A stretch of DNA of 57,492 nt, the filler included, from Bipalium vagum (taxonomy: Eukaryota), in the NCBI GenBank assembly GCA_037834085.1. It is 3 parts of 3 records of this genome, joined end to end, with 100 filler letters (N's around TTAATTAATTAA, not from the genome) between each part and the next. Parts side by side here need not be neighbours in the genome. Positions count along the whole stretch, not along the records: positions 40,509 to 57,492 come from JBBMKC010083878.1; 2 more parts are not named here. One strand, 5' to 3'. Position 1 is the stretch's first letter. Each line of letters starts with the position of its first letter. The notes under the pieces are model-generated. The model worked only from the letters and a program-made list of their open reading frames with translations. It did not search any database and was not told the DNA's origin. This document shows, piece by piece, positions 53,001-57,492 of this stretch. Made by a program: the position numbers and the translations under genes.

Positions 53001-54373
53001 TTGAAATCATCTTGCATTCTTGAAATATTTGTTCCACTGCGACCAATGATATGTCGGTGAAATCTAGGATCAACCTGCAACTCTGTAATTGCCATTGAGG
53101 CTTGCAGCTCATTAATTCGTTGATTCAACACATCTTTCAATTCAATTACATCGATTTTCGGTCCCTCAATCACAATACTGTCAGAGTTGTCTTGAAAATT
53201 GATGAACACTTTTTCGTATTTTTCTTTCAGTTTGTTCAAGTTTGCACCTTGTTTCCCAATAATAAATCGATGTAACCAATTTGGGGCTTCAACAGTTTCA
53301 CGCAACATCGATTCTGATTTCTGAATTACCATCGATAGAGCCGGTGCCAATGCCTCATTTGGTCCATACAAGACTATTGTGTCGTCGTCACTATCTTGGC
53401 TGGGCATTTCAACACTTACTCCTGTCTGTTCGAAAATTTCTGCTAATCCAGAACCCTTTGGGCCAATTACATAACAATGTTGGGATTTGGGAATTGGTAA
53501 GTTTAAAGCAGATGAACCTTTTTTTGTCTTCTCGTAAATTTTACGAATTATATCTAAAGCTTGGTACACTCCATCTTTGTCACCTGATATTATGATTTCT
53601 TCCGAATCCACGTTGATGGGAGGGATATTTATTTTGACATTTGTAATATCTCTAATTCGATTAATGTTTGAGTTATTCGAACCGTTAATGAAAGGATAAA
53701 ATCTTTTAGGTATTGATATTCTTTCAGTGGCCAACTTACTTCTGTCTGTCACAATTTGATTTATTTCACTTCGTGCTTTGTCAATTCCGTCTTTGGTACC
53801 GTAGATTGTCACAATATCACTATCGTCTTGACTACGTGGAATTGTGACGTTCGTATTTGAGTAGGATTCAATTTCTCGTAAGCTGGAGCCGTTACGACCT
53901 AAAATGAACTTATGGTATTCTTTAGGCACTTTTATTTGCAATTGAGTCTGAGTTTGAAGCTCCTTTGTCAGAATTCGCATGGCATTGGTCACGTTTTCCT
54001 GTTGACCGCTGATAAACACTGTCAAATTTTGATCTTTATTTCCTGAATTTAATTCGATGGATACTCCACATCGCTGAACAACACTTTGGCAAATCTTTTT
54101 TTGAGCATCGTTTTTTATAGAGCTTGTGCTTCCGTTAGCCATTTGTTCTCGGTTATAAAATTTCTGCTCTGCTAAAGGCACAATCAGTGTTTGAGTAACA
54201 AAAGATGATTTAGTCTGACGCAGACGAGAGCTGGTTGAATTAATATTAATATGATTTTGTACACCAGTCTGTTTTGGCAAATTGCTAATTGGCAAAGGTG
54301 GAAACTGATCATCATATTGCGAAACAATTACATTTTGAGTTGAATTTCCTATATCTGATTTATTAAAGTCCAT
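50027..54373 (-). CDS. HDLBP: Vigilin (HDL-binding protein), multi-KH-domain RNA-binding protein, complete, 1278 aa
   Basis: Exons 54373-51998, 51831-51646, 51585-51408, 51355-51090, 51037-50645, 50526-50341, 50278-50027 (3837 nt, phases consistent); tandem KH repeats HxxIIGxxG; N-terminal YDDQFPPLP and C-terminal GAPW...EDFP typical of vigilin. Probable 50-nt 5' UTR intron at 54415-54464. Confidence 0.96.
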
Positions 54374-55519
54374 TTTAAGTTATGAAAATTTGACCAAAAT
54401 CTAATTAACAGTATCTAAACATAAAATTTTAAAATATAATTTCTAATAAATAAAATTATCTTACTGAAAAATTAATACTGTCTGAATAACTATTTAAAAT
54501 TGAAAAATACACCAATCCAGTCTAAAAAATAAGTTTTTGACGTTTACAATAAAGTGAAACTTGTCGTGTTGTTTAATTTACAAAAGTAATTTAATTGAAC
54601 AAACAAATAATAATTTAATTAATTAAAAGATATTTACATAATAATACATTTGAAATTTTATTTATTAAAAATCAGTAACTGTCTATTTTTATTTTTAAAA
54701 TGCTTTTAATTAATATATAAATTTTTCTGGCTCTTAATTAAATTTTTATCAATATTTTTGATACTTATATTTGATACTTATAATTCTAAATAAATATAAA
54801 CTAAATTTAATTATTTATTGTAGAATTGAGATTTTATTTTTGAAAGTACCTTTTTATGTTTTTATAAAAAGGTTAATAAAACAGGATAACAATGAAAATT
54901 ATTTTTAAAAATATTTATATATAATTATTGTTCTAAATGCTGAATAAAGATGTATTTCTAATGTACGTTTACATTTAATTCATATAAATTAAGTTATAAA
55001 AATATTTCTAATTTTAAGATTTTATCGTTAGTAAGTCATTGAATATTTAAATATTTAATAATCGTTAAATGTCTGTGCTTTTAATATAATCAATAATTTT
55101 TAATCTATAAATCAAAATCTTACTTACAAACCTTCAGAAAAAATTATATTTCTAAACACTTGATTTACCAAAACGAATAGTGTTGGCTAATCTTGTACAA
55201 AGTATAGATAATCAAACTATTCTAATCATTTCCTTTTAAAATGCGACCTTATTATGATTATCTGTATTAAAAACAAAGAGTAAATCGATTAATAATTTTC
55301 TAAAATAATTTTAACTTTTAGGGTTCTGCTTTCTTTTTCTATGTCAAGACAATGCTTATTATTAATGTAAATAGAATCATTTATAATTAAAGTAATAATT
55401 GGTTGTGCATTCAGATTTTAATTTTTTGATTCCTTTAGTAAAAGATGTAAATATTCATAACATTGAAATGTTTATTTTAATTAAATAAACATTAATAATT
55501 ATATTTTTGATATATAGGA

Positions 55520-55900
55520 TGTGTTCGTGAAAGGGATAAATGAAGTAAATGAATCATAAATAGAGAACTTGTTTCAGAAAATCAGACCATTAGCGAAGAA
55601 TTTTGTAAAAGTCTCTTTTTTGATTATGAATTCAGAAAGTTTGTCCGGATGTTGTCGGCATGTATTACTATACTTTTGGAATGAAAATGCACTTGGACCA
55701 AAACCCAAGGTATTGTGAAAATATATGACCAGATAAAGTATTAGGGTGATTGAACTCCTGGCTTACTTAGTGGAATTAAATTCTGAATATTTCCAAAACT
55801 TAAATTGATTATGAAAAGACGTCAAAATACTTTTCAAAAATCATAAAAGAGTCCGTAATAGAGGTGCTCATAAACATCTAAAGAGGATTTCGAACTTTCA
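55520..55900 (+). mobile_element. Highly decayed mariner C-terminal remnant
   Basis: Fragments RELVSENQTISEEFC and IFPKLKLIMKRRQ resemble mariner EFVPxGQTIN and LFPKLKxxLKGRRF. Confidence 0.35.
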
Positions 55901-57035
55901 TTTATTATTTGAATTATTTTATATTAGCTTTCAAAGCTAGAATTAATCTGAAGGAATATATTTTGATTAAAAAATTTAAGAAATATTTCCTTATTTTGAC
56001 TTATTTACAGCATTTACCTGGCATATGTGAAACACCTTGTGTTTGTTTCAGCTAATACTGAGTGATTTTGTACTAAATAAAATTAATTGTATTTTATTAT
56101 TATTATTAAGCACACACTTCATTCTTAATTTTCATAGTTATTAATTATATAGATTGTAATTTAGATCGGTTTAACTAAGTTGCGTAAGAAACTATTTTTC
56201 AACTACTGTTCAGTAAGTCATTACCACAATAAATGTTATAAGATTACAGTAGTAGCAGTTCACCACTAAACTGAGACTCCGTCTACTACTTAAGAGCCCT
56301 CATAGCCATTTATTAACTGAATTATATGTACTTAAAAGAGAATTTATTTTTATTTTCTATTAAAAGAGAATCGGGAAATGAAATTAACAACAAAAATTTT
56401 GATAAAAAATTTAGGGGTTATTATGTTAAAACAAACCTTAAGTAATGAATAATTATGTAATACTTATTAAAATATGAAATAAGAAAAGTATAGATCATAA
56501 TAAGACAATGAATTTTCGACAAACACTGAATGAAAGGTATTTGAAAGTGTTTTTGTAATGTTTTTTCACTATCAAATTGTTGTAAAAAATCGATACATTT
56601 CAAACTTGACACATTATTAAAAATATTTTTGAAACTTTGAATTTCACAAAAACATTTGTTCAATCTAATATTCGAACAAAACACCAACCCATGTCTTGTT
56701 GGTATATGTATTTCATCAATCCATGTAATATATGACCTTGTGATTGACAACTACACATAAAGGTCGAGATAATTTCAATAGGGATCATGTGTAACATGTT
56801 CCTTAATGTAGTGTTAATCGCCTGTGTTGTAAATGATTCAAAGAGTATCTGTTTAGTTAAAATCTATATAGTTAATTAACTAAAAAAAATTAATTATTTT
56901 CTATCAAATAACTTCAAACGAAAAATTTACAAGAGGTTCACAAATCTACCATCTCATTAGTTAAAAATGAAATTAGAGGAATAAAATAATACATTATTTG
57001 CTAGTAATAATATCACAAAATTAAAATCTGTATTA

Positions 57036-57350
57036 TTGTTTTCGATATTTTCGTTAAATATCTTAAACAAAAGAAATTCAGAACTTGAAACCTTTTATCG
57101 AATTGACATAGAGTATCCATCTAAGATTAAGACTTTGGAAGTAATGTGTTCAGGAAAGAGACCTACAAACGCTAGTATGATTCTGTGCGCTGTAGGTATA
57201 GACCGTGCTGTGACTTTGAAAGGTTAAATCCACATATTTGTTCAAAACTGATGAACTTCTTATAATTTTCCGTTGCCATATTCTCTTATTAACACTATTC
57301 AACGGTATTTGTCCCATTTCAGAAGAAAATATGAAGCTGAAACACTAATT
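57036..57350 (+). pseudogene. Possible rhodopsin-type GPCR fragment
   Basis: NASMILCAVGIDRAVTL resembles the end of TM3 (LxxIxxDRxxA); frame closes soon after, with a hydrophobic continuation in another frame. Confidence 0.25.
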
Positions 57351-57492
57351 TAACAGTATTTTTATCTCTAAATTTCGATTTGATTAAAATCATTATTTTT
57401 CGATAAATCAGTTTGACCAAACTTCTATTAAGGATATTTTCACTGATTCATTACTTTGAATACTTAGATATTTGAAACATAATAATCATAAT

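Noticed and set aside
52037-53595. Several plus-strand and alternate-frame ORFs
   Set aside because: Shadows of the long vigilin exon with no recognisable motifs.
1-57492. CRISPR arrays or prokaryotic operon/defence systems
   Set aside because: Sequence is intron-containing eukaryotic DNA; no regularly spaced repeat-spacer array was seen.

Overview
Very AT-rich eukaryotic genomic DNA with many 41-75 nt GT-AG introns; intron size, composition, innexin type and transposon content suggest a triclad planarian (inference). The window is four contigs joined by one 197-N gap and two artificial 100-nt spacers (44N-TTAATTAATTAA-44N). Hand-spliced genes: a partial, divergent NR4A nuclear receptor (+, 3140-5618); the 5' two-thirds of an innexin (-, 13795-14657); a Rubicon-homology-domain gene of the PLEKHM/DEF8 type (+, 24416-30622); an eight-exon gene almost invisible in the ORF track, with weak longin/DENN (folliculin/C9orf72/SMCR8-like) character (+, 31789-37172); and a complete vigilin/HDLBP (-, 50027-54373, 1278 aa). 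Introns and intergenic DNA hold many decayed mariner, DD41D/rosa-like and IS630/Tc1 transposons, Ty3/gypsy and Penelope-like remnants, and microsatellites. Most notable: a tRNA-like unit inside a palindrome whose 'empty' version recurs 10 kb away, an NR4A LBD lacking the phenylalanines that normally fill the pocket, and the hidden DENN-like gene directly downstream of the Rubicon-homology gene. All comparisons with known proteins are from memory; no searches were run.
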